Source: Camelus dromedarius (lineage: Eukaryota). Taken from it: DNA of 64,000 nucleotides. The position numbers and the translations under genes are program-made. The notes beneath the pieces are model-generated. The model saw only the letters and a list, made by a program, of their open reading frames with translations. It made no database searches and had not been told where the DNA came from. The stretch is from contig NC_087437.1 of assembly GCF_036321535.1 (NCBI RefSeq), forward strand, positions 90,584,001-90,648,000. Direction: 5' to 3'. This document shows positions 13,894 to 27,095 of this stretch, piece by piece. How positions within the stretch are numbered: the first letter of the stretch is position 1; each line of letters opens with the position of its first letter.

Positions 13894-14523
13894 ATATATG
13901 CCCAGGAGTGGGTTTGCTATGATCCAGCAATCCCACTCCTGGGCATGTATCTGAAGGAAACTCTAATTCAAAAAGATAAATTCAATGTTCAGAGCAGCAC
14001 TATTTACAACAGACAAGACATGGAAACATTCTAAATGTCCATCAACAGATGACTGGATAAAGAAGATGTGGTATATTTATACAATGGAATACTACTCAGC
14101 CATGAGAAAGAATAAAATAATGCCACTTGCAGCAACATGGATGGACCTAGAGATCATCACTCTAAGTGAAGCAAGCCAGAAAGAGAAAAATACCACATGA
14201 TATCACTTATAGGTGGAAACTGAAATAAAAAAAAAGAGACACAAGCAAATTTATTTATAAAGCAGAAACAGACTCATAGTCAGAAAACAAACTTATGGTT
14301 ACCAGAGGGAAAGGGGAGAGTGGAGGGATAAATTGGGAGTTTGGGATTTTCAGATACTAACTATTATATATAAAATAGATAAACAACAAGGTCCTACTAT
14401 GTACCAGAGAGAACTAAACTGAATATTTGTAATAGCCTATAATGAAAAAGAATTTGCAAAGGAATATATATACACACATACACATATCTGAATCACTATG
14501 CTGTACACCAGAAATTAACACAA
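13894..14523 (+). mobile_element. 5'-truncated L1 (ORF2 C-terminus plus 3' UTR) with 25-bp 5' fold-back; poly(A) missing
   Basis: ORF track YDPAIPLLG and KCPSTDDWIKKMWYIYTMEYYSA are L1 ORF2 C-terminal motifs. Confidence 0.92.
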
Positions 14524-14589
14524 ATTTTCTTTCTCTTACTTAAGGCTTAAGTGGGCACATGGTTCCAAGAAGATTCATTTAATTTTTAT

Positions 14590-14885
14590 TAAGTTAAATT
14601 TTATTTTTTATTTGGTAATATATTTACATGGATCAAATTTAAGTAAAATATATACATGGAGAAAATTTGATTGTACCTGTTTCTCTTTCTACCAAATTTC
14701 TCCCATTCTATTTCCTAAAATAATTACTCTTCTAATATATTGTGTAGTCTTTCAGTGTTTCACTATGTAAAATAAGTGAGTATGAAAAAATATTTTTATT
14801 ACCTTCCTTTTTTTAATTACATAAAATTTATACATGTTATAAACACTCCTCTACTTTTTACTTTCTTCTATTAAAAATATCTCCT
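14590..14885 (-). mobile_element. Ancient L1ME/L1MC 3' end fragment
   Basis: T-rich start then ggtaatatatttacatggatcaaa, resembling a reverse old L1 terminus. Confidence 0.45.
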
Positions 14886-16517
14886 GGAAAACCATCTCAT
14901 TTACCATTGCACCAAAAAGAATAAAATATGTAGGAATAAACCTACCCAAGGAACCAGAGGACTTGTACTCCAAAAACTGTAAGACATTGATGAAAGTAAT
15001 TGAAGACAACATGAACAGATGGAAAGATCTACTGTGTTCTTGGATTGTAATAATCAATATTGTTAAAATGGCCATACTATCCAAGGCAATATAATGATTC
15101 AATGCAATCCCTATTAAATTACCAATGACATTTTTCTCAGAGCTGGAATAAAAACTTTTAAATTTTGTTTGAAAACACAAAAGACCCCAAGTAGCCAAAA
15201 CAGTCTTGAAAAGGGAAAATGGAGCTGTAGGAATCATGATCCCTGACTTTAGACTATACTACAAAGCTACAGTAATCAAAATAGTATGGTACGTACAAAA
15301 ACAGACACATAGGTAAATGAAACAGCATAGAAAGTCCAGAAATAAATCCACAAACTATGGTCAATTTATCAATGACAAAAGAGGCAAGAATATACAATGG
15401 AGAAAAGACTCTCCAACAAGTAGTGCTGGGAAAACTCGACAGCTACATAGAAATGTTTGAAATTAGAACATTCTCTAACACAACATACAAAAATAAACTC
15501 AAAATGGATTAAAGACCTAAATGTAAGGCCAAATACTATAAAACTCCTAGAGGAAAACATAGGCAGAACACTCTTTGACCTACATCACAGCAATATTTTT
15601 TTGAACCAGCTCCTAGAGTCATGGAAATAAAAGCAAAAATAAACAAATGTAATCTAATCAAACTTAAAAGCTTTTGCACAGCTAAGGTTACCATTAGCGA
15701 AACAAAAAGACAACTCACAGAATGGAAGAAAAATGATTGCATATGATGTGATTGACAAGGGATTAATTTCCAAAATATACAAACAGCTCATACAACTTAA
15801 GAATCAAGAAAAAAAACAAAAACAAAAACAAAAACAAGCAACCCAATCAAAAAATAGGCAGAAGACTTAAATAGACATCTCTCCAAAGAAGACATCCAGA
15901 GGGACAACAAGCATATGAAAAGATACTCAACATCACTAATTGTCAGAGAAAGGCAAATCGAAACTACAATGAGATATCACCTCACACCTGTCAGAATGGC
16001 CACCATTAAAAAGTCCACAAAGTGATAAATGCTGGAGAGGGTGTGGAGAAAAGGGAACCCTCCTACACTGTTGGTGGGAATGTAAATTGGTGCAGCCACT
16101 ACAGAGGACAGTATGGAGATTCCTCAAAAAACTAAAAGACAGACTTACATATGATCCAGCAATCCCACTCCTGGGCATATATCCAGAGGAAACTCTAATT
16201 CAAAAAAATACATGCACCCCAATGTTTACAGCAGCACTATTTACAATAGTCAAGACAGGGAAACAACCTAAATGTCCATAAACAGATGACTGGATCAAGA
16301 AGATGTGAGATTTTTATATATATATACATATATATATATACACACATATATATATATGTGTATATATATATATGCATGAATATATATACACACACACATA
16401 CATATACACACACACACACAATGGAATACTACTCAATCATAAAAATAAAATAATACCATTTGCAGCAACATGGATGGACCTGGAGATTGTCATTCTAAGT
16501 GAAGTAAGTCAGAAAGA
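14886..16517 (+). mobile_element. L1 ORF2 3' portion, degenerate, truncated at both ends
   Basis: [28 protein letters not shown]; collinear with ~47185-48680; (TA)n/(CA)n expansion at 16315-16419. Confidence 0.95.
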
Positions 16518-16519
16518 AC

Positions 16520-17005
16520 ATGGGAGTCATCTCTTTGAGACGTAAAGATCATGAGTGATAGCACCCCTTCTCTCAGTTTCTGTGGGAAGGTAGCAGCCTG
16601 ACTTTGGTAGGCATCTTGCTCCAAGTTACAAAACTACTTCCTATTGTAAAGAGATAAGTTTATTTTTCCTTAGGATAAAACCAATAAGCTAACATAGACG
16701 GTCATTCTAATTACTAGGTAAAGTTAGGATGAACTACGTGTGACCAATGGTGTTGTCCAGTCCTCTTCCTTGAGAACTAGTTATTATTTATCTTGAAAAC
16801 ATATATGATGGGTTATATCCACTATGCTATACAAGGGAGTGAGATTTCTTTCTGCCTTTGCAAAGTCTTAGTGAACTGCCTGTGATTGCCCCTCATATTC
16901 TGGTTTACTGCTTATTTTATAATAAAAGTGTTTTCTTTCTCTACCATTGTGGAAAGGATTTCTGGGTTGGGAGTCAATTTTATTTTTAATTATATTTTCC
17001 CAACA
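16520..17005 (+). mobile_element. ERV1 LTR (MER89-like), 5' part missing
   Basis: cttgctccaagttacaaaactacttcct, AATAAA at 16921, terminal ttatattttcccaaca. Confidence 0.75.
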
Positions 17006-20000
17006 GGTTCAACAGACAGGTAGTTTTGTATCAATTCACCATTGTCTTGTCAAATCTTTCACTTAACTTGTCAAGGCACCCAACTGTCCTGTCTTTAAAG
17101 GTGTGTAGTTTTACCTGTCTGCTGATCTAAATCATTGTGTTGTAAGAAGAGGCTAAATGAAGTTTGAAAATAAAACAGCTTTGAAAATATAAAATGCTGT
17201 AAGGATGTAAGTTTATTAATCTTTACTTTCATCAACACTTTGAGGCATCACTTCAGAGACATTTGTAAGATTTATTATTATCAAATGCTTAGAATAGCAT
17301 GGAATATACTGGAAAGATTTATATATATATAAATAAATTTAGCAAATTATGTTTACTACATAGTCCAGAAAAGTACTCTTATTAGCCCTTCAATTTAACA
17401 TGAATGGAATTTGCACGAATAGATGAGGAGAAACATTGATTCCTTAGTAGCAGAGAAATACAGGGAGAAACATTAGTGATTTTGAGCAGCAAAAGGGCTT
17501 TGCATAAATTAATAAATAAGCTACTTGGTGATGGTAATTATAGCATTCACCTCTACCTTTGTAAGTTACAAATATATCTGGGAAAAGCACATAGACATGA
17601 GTTGGGGAAACATAATATTAACATAACATATCACATAATAGATCTTAGTTGAAGGATTACACTCACTTTAAATAGGACAAGTAGAAAATTATGAATTCCA
17701 TAACTCTAAAAGGTTTTTCTTCGCCCATTCTTTTTACTATCCTTGCTGAGTCCTAACTGTGGCATAAAATGTTATTTCTTTTGTTGAATTTACTTTCTTA
17801 ATTCTGTCACTCTTAAGCCAGCTTTAAGAAAACTGTTTCCAGTGATACAGGCATAGGAGCTATGGCAGAAAGTCACTCACTTGTACTATGAGCATTGTGC
17901 CAATCAAACACCATTTAGATACTACCATTATTAGGCTCAACAATCAATGAAACAAACCCATCTAAAATAGAGGCACTTAAGTACACATTGACAATGGAAA
18001 ATTCTCTATTTAGATTACTTAATCCACAGCTTAAAGACTAAATCTGGCACTGAATTTTATACATCTAAACGGAGATGTGTGCCATTATCTTTATGCCTTT
18101 CCTGTTGTGTTTTTCCCGAGTGGCACATATACCTATTCTGCATTCTATCCTGGTAACTTTCTCTGACCTTTTCGTGCTTTCATTTCACTCCTTCTGACTT
18201 ACAAATCCCTTTCAATCTATAGTAAATGCAATGGATAAATAGCACAATTTTAACTTCTCACCTCTTTATTTTAAATACACTCTTTCTGCAAACCACTGGT
18301 AGTATTTATAGCAACATACCAATATTCTACTTTTCCATAAGAGATAAGTCAATACTTTTGAAATTTTTAATCTTCTTCCATTCTGCACAAAGGACACTAT
18401 TTTGGTTTCAACTGAGTAGGAAAAATTCTAGAGATAAGAATGTACGTACAAATTTCTAAAAAGCTAAAATCTCATTTACTATTTTTAAAATGTGGGTATG
18501 ACAGTAATCACTTGTATTATTGAAGAGACTTGAAATAATCAAATTATTGTTTCAAAGCTCTCCTTGATATTAAAAAAAAGTGTTTCTTAAGCCTTCGTCC
18601 CTTAAAGATGCTACATGTGTTCTTTGACCAACTCCAGCAATAGCTATTGACTAAAATAGATATTCAAATGAATTCTATTTAGCACAAATTCTTCTCTGTA
18701 AAGACACTTTGGATAAATGCTTTAATTAAAAAATTATATAATAACAATAAAAACTTTATAGTATAGAAATCTGCACATTAAAAATAAATCTTTATATATC
18801 AATTAATTTAGGAGGATTATATCAAATAAACTATAGATAATACACTGCATTTCAAATCCCTTCTCATTGAATGCCTGTTGAAAACATAAAGATACTTATG
18901 GATAAATGATAGGTTTCTGCTCAGTGCCAGTTTGGATTCTATGCTTCTCATATAAGTGCTGCTGATTTTTTTTCCTTAACTAAAGAAACAGGATCCCTTT
19001 GATGATACTTTATTGTATCAGGGCCCATATTTCACATTTCCTTTTTGCAAAATGCTTCCTCACACTTTGTGACTGCTAAACATTTAGATTTTTTAAAAAT
19101 ACTATGGGGCATTTACTCCCCACTCCTGATTTTTCTTTCAGTTGGAAAGACATCTATTCGCATAATTCTCCTTCTCACCCGCCCTCTTTATAGTGAGCAA
19201 ACTGCAGGCAGAAATCTAGGTTCTATTTGCTTCTCCTGGAACTAGGCCTATTTGGTTCCAGTGCTGCTTGTCATAAGTCTGTCTAATTTTGTGCCTCAGT
19301 TTTGGGGAGCAGATACGTCCACATATGTATTTTTTAATAGCAATTCGATCAGGTCTCCATATGCCAAATACTTTATCTTATTTCTCAATTTGTTCAGTGT
19401 TTGGGCAGGAACAAGGGGTAATATTAAAGGCACCATCTCAGTGTATTTGCTGGATTTTCATTTAATTTATCCTGCCTGAGAAGTCCCTGCCTGCTGCCAA
19501 CTATTTAATATGAGGAGTATATACTCTCTATTTCTTTTACAGTCCTAAAATTTTCTGTTTAGTTTTTCTTAATTTTAATTTTGGGGGTACACTGTGTTTT
19601 AATGTGGAGATAATTTAATAATAAACTTTTTTTTTCAAAAAATTGTGGTATTTTGTTATCTATTTTTGAACACAGATCTACTGGAGTCTACAGCCGAGGT
19701 TCTTACATTCTACATTCTATTTTCATTCAGTTTGGCTCTACTTATTTGCTATTAAGCTGTGGATGAGTTTATTCCAACTAATCCAAAAGAAAAATGAACT
19801 ATCTTAAAGAACATAAAACAAATTAAAACTCACCTGCTTATGCAACTAAAATGATTTATAAAATCATACATTTAAAATAAAGATTAGTGTTTAAACATCA
19901 TTTCATATCTTAATTTCTCTGCCGGCTTGGTGACTTCTAATGTTAACATGCCATTATTATTAGGCTCGACTGCCTGCTGTGAGCCACGGTGGAGCACACA

Positions 20001-20589
20001 GAAAAATCTCACTACAGGCAAATGCAAATGCTGAGATTTTAATGGCTGTTAAGTAAATTTGAACTTAAAAATAAACAACAGGCCTAATAGAGGCTTAATT
20101 ACAGTCAGATGCACTGTTTAAAAAAAAAACAACAGACTTTATCTTCATACCTATCATGAAAACATATTTTCTCTTGAAGGAAAATCTTATTTGTATTTTA
20201 AAATATGGGATCTGCTAAGCAGGCAAGTACTTCTCTATTTAATTATTGATTAGTTACCTTTAGATATAAGACCAGTCTTGCTGATGGGATAAATTTAGAC
20301 CATCAAACTACAAAAATGTAGTATGCAGCATAGACTGCTCTTTGTCGTACACACTCATGTGTCTAGCTTCTTCTGATACTTAATTTAAAATATTGGTCGA
20401 TTTAGAACTTTATTTGGTCTATGTTCTATTTGGCTTTTATCTTATTGCTAATCTTGTTAGCTTGTTTTTTTAGAATTGCAACTGCTGGATTTTTATTGAT
20501 TATAATTTCATATTGATGTGTCTGGAGTACATCTACAAAGACATACACATACAAAAAAGCATAAAGACCTTGCCTTTCTCGCATCACTA

Positions 20590-20614
20590 ATCTACCTATC
20601 ATCTATCTATCCAT

Positions 20615-20663
<49 letters not shown>

Positions 20664-20686
20664 ATTTACCTATCTATCTATCTATC
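20590..20686. repeat. (TATC)n / GATA tetranucleotide microsatellite
   Basis: Directly visible. Confidence 0.95.
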
Positions 20687-21049
20687 ATTGGTTACTTGGT
20701 AAGAAAGTCACAGATTTGGCAGAAGAGAAATCTTAATAATCATTTCTTTTAATCCATCAGTTTACAGTTGGGAAAAAATGAGGCACGAAGAGATTAACAA
20801 ACAAACGGTTTGTGATGTGACTACAGCTAAATGCAAGATTTCTTGATTCTAAGGATATGCAGCTATTACATTTTATTTACCACATGATGACCTCTCATGC
20901 CCAGATCAGAAATTGCTCACCCTACTGGAGCAATCTCTCTCCAAGAAGTGCTAGACAAAGCTAGAGCTTGGGAAAATATCTCACCCATTGTTGTACTAGA
21001 TAATTTTATTTGACTTTTCAGACATACTTTTCTTATTTCCTTCTTTTAA

Positions 21050-21807
21050 GAAAAATCTTTCAAAAATTCAGTTATAAGATACATACAATAAAGAGAGCGA
21101 ATGATAAGTTTCAGCTTGATGTGTATTTGCAAAGCTCTCATATCTGCATAGCCACCACCCAAATCAAGATACAGAACAGTACCAGCAGGCCAGAAGCTTT
21201 ACTTATAGCTCTTCCCAGTAATTATACTTCCCCAGGTAAACATGATTCTGACCTTTATCACTACAGATTAATTTACCCTTTTTTGAATGTTATGCAAATG
21301 AAAACATACTATATGTTTTCTTTAGTGCTTGGCTGCTTTTACTAATCACTATTTGTTAGTTGTATCCATGCTACTGGAAGCTCTACTTCATTGTTATATT
21401 GTATTACATCATATGAATATACCACAATTTATCACTTTATTCCACTGTTGGTGGACATTTGGATTGTTTCTACTTTTGACTATTATAAATAGTGTTATTA
21501 TTAATATTCTTGTATAGTCTATTGGTATACGAAATAACACATTTCTATATATCCAGAAATGAAAGAGTTTGGTCATAAGCTATGCTCAGTTTTTGGAGAA
21601 TATACCAAAGTTCTATCAATTTACACTCTGGAGAATAACATATGACAGCTTAAATGGCTCTATATCTTCACCAGTATCTGTCTGGTCATTTCAGTTTTGT
21701 TGTTGCTGTTGTTGTTTTTTAAATATTCCAGTAGGTGTGTGGAATGTTACTTTGTTTTAAATTTTCATTTCCTTAAGGACAAATCATGTTGAACACCCTT
21801 TTGTTCA

Positions 21808-21810
<3 letters not shown>
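21050..21810 (-). mobile_element. Old L1ME-like 3' end
   Basis: ccaccacccaaatcaagatacagaac and gaatataccacaatttat...gtggacatttggattgtttc are reverse L1M motifs. Confidence 0.8.
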
Positions 21811-21818
<8 letters not shown>

Positions 21819-21838
<20 letters not shown>

Positions 21839-21912
21839 CACACACACATATATATAAAATATATATACACATATATATATAAAATACACACACACACACA
21901 CACACACACATA
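21819..21912. repeat. Compound (TA)n(CA)n microsatellite
   Basis: Directly visible. Confidence 0.9.
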
Positions 21913-21921
21913 TTTATTTTT

Positions 21922-22392
21922 AACCCCATCCAGATCTTTTCTTCATGCTTTCCCCTCCAGTTTTATGTCCCTGGAGGCTAACTTGTACTGACCACACCAA
22001 TAGACTCCCTTCCCTTCTGGGATCCATCTCTGGAAATCATTGCTAGTGGATGGAAGTCAGGCAAGGAGGGAATGGAATTAGACATTCATACTCTCTACTC
22101 CCTTCCTTTGGCTATGCTGCAAACGGTCTGTGTCTTTCCATAGAAAGGCCTCAGCTTCAGCAAGTCGGCATACCTCATAACTCTGTCTGTAATTTCCTAC
22201 TAACAAATCTGTCTTCCATCCTAAATACCTAAGGGTGGTATGGGAACTTTGCCAACCTTGGCATATTTCACTGTCTCTTACGGGTTTTTTATCCTTCTGC
22301 AGAGTTATGTGTATAGTTCTTTTATTAAGCCCTCCTCTATTTATTCAAATTTGAATGTGTTATCTATTTCCTGCTGGAAATAAATATGATAC
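21922..22392 (+). mobile_element. LTR33-like ERVL LTR
   Basis: gtccctggaggctaacttgtac, cctaagggtggta, terminal tttgaatgtgttatctatttcctgctgg. Confidence 0.65.
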
Positions 22393-23219
22393 GTATTGCT
22401 CTTTCTAACTAGTACTGAGCAAGTTGGAAAGATGGTGTATGCATGATGGACATTTGAAAATTAAATGAAGATTTAGTGGAAAATACAGTGTTTTAGAGTA
22501 GACCTCTATCAAGACCTTAATAATAAATGTTTGCCAGGGTATAATTCATGTTTAAGCAAATAATAAGATACTCTATTACACTGGTATCTAAGGTTGAGTC
22601 TTTAGGTAGGTTCTGGTTGCTTTGAGAATGATTTAATCTATATCTTGTAGAAACAAAACTGGAATTAATATATGTAGTGTGGTCTCAAAAGAGTGTATAC
22701 CAGATTTGCCAAAGGATTTTACCAAGTGTCTTAAGTTTTATTCATGATCTACTTATTTGTCCTAAGGTAGGGCATCTAACAAATAGAAACATTACCTTCT
22801 GATATGATGGTATACCTCACCATCTCACATACTTTTAAGTTTTGTCTCAGATATTACTTTCCAACCTGAGTCAAGTAAATCTCTTCCTTTAAGGGGTTAA
22901 GTAGCCTTCATAGTTACATCAAAACCAAACCATTCAGAGAGAGGGGAGGACTTACAGAGACAGGAAATTGACAAATTCCCAGGATTAGTGAGGGTGATGA
23001 CTGGAATTTTAGCTCTAAATGTCTTTAAGCCTGGGGACTAATCTCAATTAAGTACTACTTAAGGAAGGGACCCATAGCTATGAAAAATATAGGCCTAACA
23101 GCAATACCAACTTAGAGCTAACTCAAGTTGAAGTATAACAAAGGAGTTTTACCATAGCATTAAATAGGACTGATACACAAGACAACAACTAAGGACAGTT
23201 TCATCGGATTATCAGTTCT

Positions 23220-24150
23220 TCATCCTCTAGTTCACTTCTCTCCCCACTGCAATTTGGTATCTTCCCCAAACAACTCCTCGGATAAATGCTCTAAAAGTCA
23301 TATGTCATCTTGTAATGTTAAGCCTTCTCCAAATTTGTGCAGCAATTAATAATTTAGGCCCCTCCTTCCCTCTTTAAACTCAATGAGATAATATCCAGTT
23401 CCTTAATTTGGTTCTCTTCTTTCTGGCCACGCCTTTTCTGCCCTCTGTCCTGATTTCCTTTTCACTACCTACCTCTTAAAAATTTGTATTTCACAGGGTT
23501 CAATTATTGGACCATTTCTCTGCTTATTCTACATGATTCTAGTGGGTTAACTTAATAGATACATAACAGTGATCCTTTATTTCAATTATTTCCAAACCTT
23601 AATTTATAATACCTCCCTATCATGTGGTATAGACCTGTATTCTAAAACAGCTTACTAGATATATTTCATGTGAATGCCCCATAAAAGACTTGAGTTTCAA
23701 CACATTATAGGTCAGAGCTGTTATCTTCCTCTCCAAAACTGCTCTTTCCTCTGTATTTCCTTTCAGTTAATAGAATCACGATTCAGTGAGTCATTCAAGC
23801 TAAGAAACCTCATTATGATCCTCAACTCATCCATTTATCTCATCTCTCACATTCAATCAGTCAGCACATCGTGTTAATTCCATCTCCTTAATATCTTTGG
23901 GATCTGTCTTCTACTTTTCATTCCCACAGCTACCTCTCTTGTTTGCAGGCTCATCATCCCTTTTTCGGTTCTGTAATGATGGCCTACTAATTTCCTTGAC
24001 TCCTATGGTTGGCTCATGAATATCTTGACCTTCCATTATCTTTGGCATTGCTATAAATGTGTGCTTCTAAAACATAAATCAAATCATATACCACTCTTAC
24101 TTTAAAAGCTCCAGTTACAGAATTAAATACATACTTATTAAGATCTAGCT
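23220..24150 (+). mobile_element. L2 fragment
   Basis: CT-rich with L2 motifs (ctctcacattcaatcagtcagcacatc, ctaaaacataaatcaaatcatataccactcttactttaaaagctcc). Confidence 0.7.
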
Positions 24151-25889
24151 TGAATGAACAAGAATTCTAATAGCAATATTTTCTTTGAAAAGGAGACATA
24201 AGAGAAAAAAATGGCTCTTCCCACAGAAAAACATAGAAAATGGATAAGAAGAAGCATTCTCATTAATTTTTAATGTCATGTTGAATTTTATGGTATTTAA
24301 AATCTTACATTGTTTATATTTAAACTATAGTAGGATATAATACAAATTTATTATATTTATTGTTTAGTTTATAAAATTATTTCATAGTCATCTTTATATA
24401 TACATGTATATTTAATTTATATATTATGTAAATACATATGCATATGTATATACTGCTTAAGCAATGATCTCTGAGAAAGCATATTTATGAATTCATAAAA
24501 ATTTATGAATTCATTAAAAATGAGTCTAAACTATCTAATTAGAAAGATTTATCTATTTTTTTTTTTTTTAGAAAGAAAGAACTCTTGGGGTGTACTGAAA
24601 AAATGAAAATTGTTTCTAATCAGCACTTTTCCCCTTAATGAATAGGGCCAATGAGTTGGTATTAAAATGTGCATTTTTAAATAGGCTTCTGCAGACATGT
24701 GACATTACACACCTGCCCGATAGCTTTAAATTGCAAATGCAGCCTTTCTTTTTCTTTTTCTATTTTGTATATATAGCAATTGATCAAATTGTTTTTCATA
24801 TGTGATAAAACTTCTATCACTTTTTATTATTTAACATTTCCAGTGCTTTGCTTAATCATAATATGCTGGCTAACTTCAGGTATTAATAAATTGTATCAAA
24901 TAAAGAAAGCAGGTAATTTACAACCCATGAATTATTATTCCACTATGTCTCCAGAAAGATGCTTTGATTCTGAAAATGTGTTATTGCTAAGGGAGTTGCT
25001 TTTGCCCCTCTTTTCTTTCTGAAATGCTTCTAACTATTTTAGGTTTCTGATTTATGTTTAGAGAGAGACATAGGCTGAGTGTGTGGGCAATTGCATCATT
25101 ACTGATTAAAAGTATGAACAGTTTTGTTTACAATGATTCCCTTCTATTAAGGAGTAAAAGAGCAGCAAAATAAAAACTGTTCGTGTCTTGATAATGAATT
25201 ATCAATGAGAAGAACAAGTACCTCATTAATAAAAGGAAAACTCTTTTGAAGTTGTAAAGAATTTTCCTGGAGTCTCAGTATTTTCTATCTATGCAAAATA
25301 GTCATCAGAGTGACAAGAAGTATAATGGAAGGATATTATTTGATAATTTATCTACATGGAAATTGACACCAAGACTAGAAAGATCACTTCAGTATAATGG
25401 CTTAAATATAATCTAAAATCAATGCTGCAGTTTACCATAATCAATGAGCAATGCTCTTTGGATAAGTGATTAAACTAGTAAGTTGGGTAGGGACATATTT
25501 CTGATTTTGATGTTGTTACAGACAATACTTAGAGACTCAGAGTCTTTTTGTTTTTCAAGGATACAAAATAAAAGAACATACACCTAAGATTTTACAATCC
25601 AGGTCACTAAACTCCCATTTCTGTATTTTCTCTATCAAGGACCTGAATCTGGTAAAACCTAGTAAGATTTACCAATTTAAGAGCTTCAGTAATAAATGAG
25701 ACCAAAAAAATCTTAATATCCTTACTTTGAAGAATTAACCTTGGGACATAACTGTACCTGCAGCCAGAGAGAAATACAGTGCCTCATTTGGCATAGTCTA
25801 TAGCCCCAGTAATTTAGTTATTATCTGTGTTTGAGCTTAGTTTAAATCTTAGATAACACAAATGTTTGTCTGACATTCCCTAAATTCAG

Positions 25890-26175
25890 GAAGAGGTAAT
25901 GTAGATTAGTGGGCAATAAATGGTCCTGGAACAATGGGATCCCTAACACAAAATACACAGAAAAATAATCTCAGATGGAATTTACATTCATCAAAATACA
26001 CTTATAAAATGTGAAAGTCTGTTAACAGTCCAAGAGAAGGATTTTATAACACATAAAACAAACATAGCATATATCAAGAATATATATTAAATAATTGCTA
26101 TGAATCAATAAGATAAAGACAAAGCAATAAAAATTGAGCAACAGAAATAATCAGGAATTTCACTGAAGAAGAAAC
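25890..26175 (+). mobile_element. Old L1M ORF2 fragment
   Basis: aaaatacacagaaaaataatctcagatgga and aaaattgagcaacagaaataatcaggaatttcactgaagaagaaac. Confidence 0.55.
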
Positions 26176-26311
26176 ACATTCAAATAGGATACAAATACCT
26201 TCATACTCTTTCTGAGATGTCAAAAACAAATGCCTTTTCCCAGATCTCCTTGATACAAATCTTCCAATCTGGTTTCTCCAAGTCCCACACCAACTAAACA
26301 AATAATTAGTC
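26176..26311 (+). repeat. 136-bp direct repeat, copy 1 (copy 2 at 28157-28292)
   Basis: Manual alignment: 132/136 identical, no indels, offset 1981 bp. Confidence 0.97.
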
Positions 26312-26350
26312 TGGAAGGAGAAAGTAAAAAGATATGCATATTTGACAATA

Positions 26351-26531
26351 TAGTCCACCCTCAGTACCTGAGGGGGCTTGGTTCCAGGATCACCCTTTCC
26401 AACGCCTCCTCCTCACTCCCCCAGCAGATACTAAAATCCCTGAATGCTCAAGTCCCTTACATAAAATGGCTTAGTACAGTTGGCCCTCCATATTCGCGGA
26501 TACAGGACCCACAGATACAGAGCATGGATTG
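26351..26531. mobile_element. MER2-like TcMar-Tigger MITE
   Basis: ttggttccaggatc, gatactaaaatccctgaatgctcaagtcccttacataaaatggc, decayed TIRs, preceded by TA. Confidence 0.8.
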
Positions 26532-26987
26532 CGTTTCATCAAACTAAGTATTTGTATAAATGCAGAAAAAGAATATACTACATAAATAGGGCCTATGTTG
26601 ATGCATTACAATCCAAGAATCATATTAAAACAATTATATGAAATAATTTATAGCTATCATACAAATATAAGAAGTAAGATATAAATAAATCAGCATTTTC
26701 AGTAGTTCTTATTTATGATAATACAATATCAACATAACCATAATTATAACTTAATATGTTAATGCAATCTAGATTTGGGGTTTTAAAAAATATTTATTTT
26801 AATTCTGTTTAAATGGTTGCTTATGGAGCAATTATATATTGTAATTAATTATTTACTTGGAAAAGTGTGCATGTATGTGTGTGGTATGGTTTTCGATGTG
26901 GATAAAAATTCAGACTGGCATTTTTGTGGTGACTTTTAAAAATATAACTAAGAATGTACATGTGTTAACAAAATACCTGTTACACGT

Positions 26988-27095
26988 ATTCATTAAACAA
27001 ATACATACTGAAAGGTGTCAGATATGCTTCTGTATGTTCAGGAAATAGCGAACAAAACAAAGAAATTCCTTCCCTTGTGGATTTTACATTTTCTA
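26988..27095 (-). mobile_element. L2 3' end
   Basis: ttcattaaacaaatacatactga...gaacaaaacaaagaaattccttcccttgtgga. Confidence 0.6.

Noticed and set aside
22651..22766. Possible plus-strand exon (ttgtag...aag|gtaggg) with one open frame
   Set aside because: Weak pyrimidine tract and no recognisable peptide.
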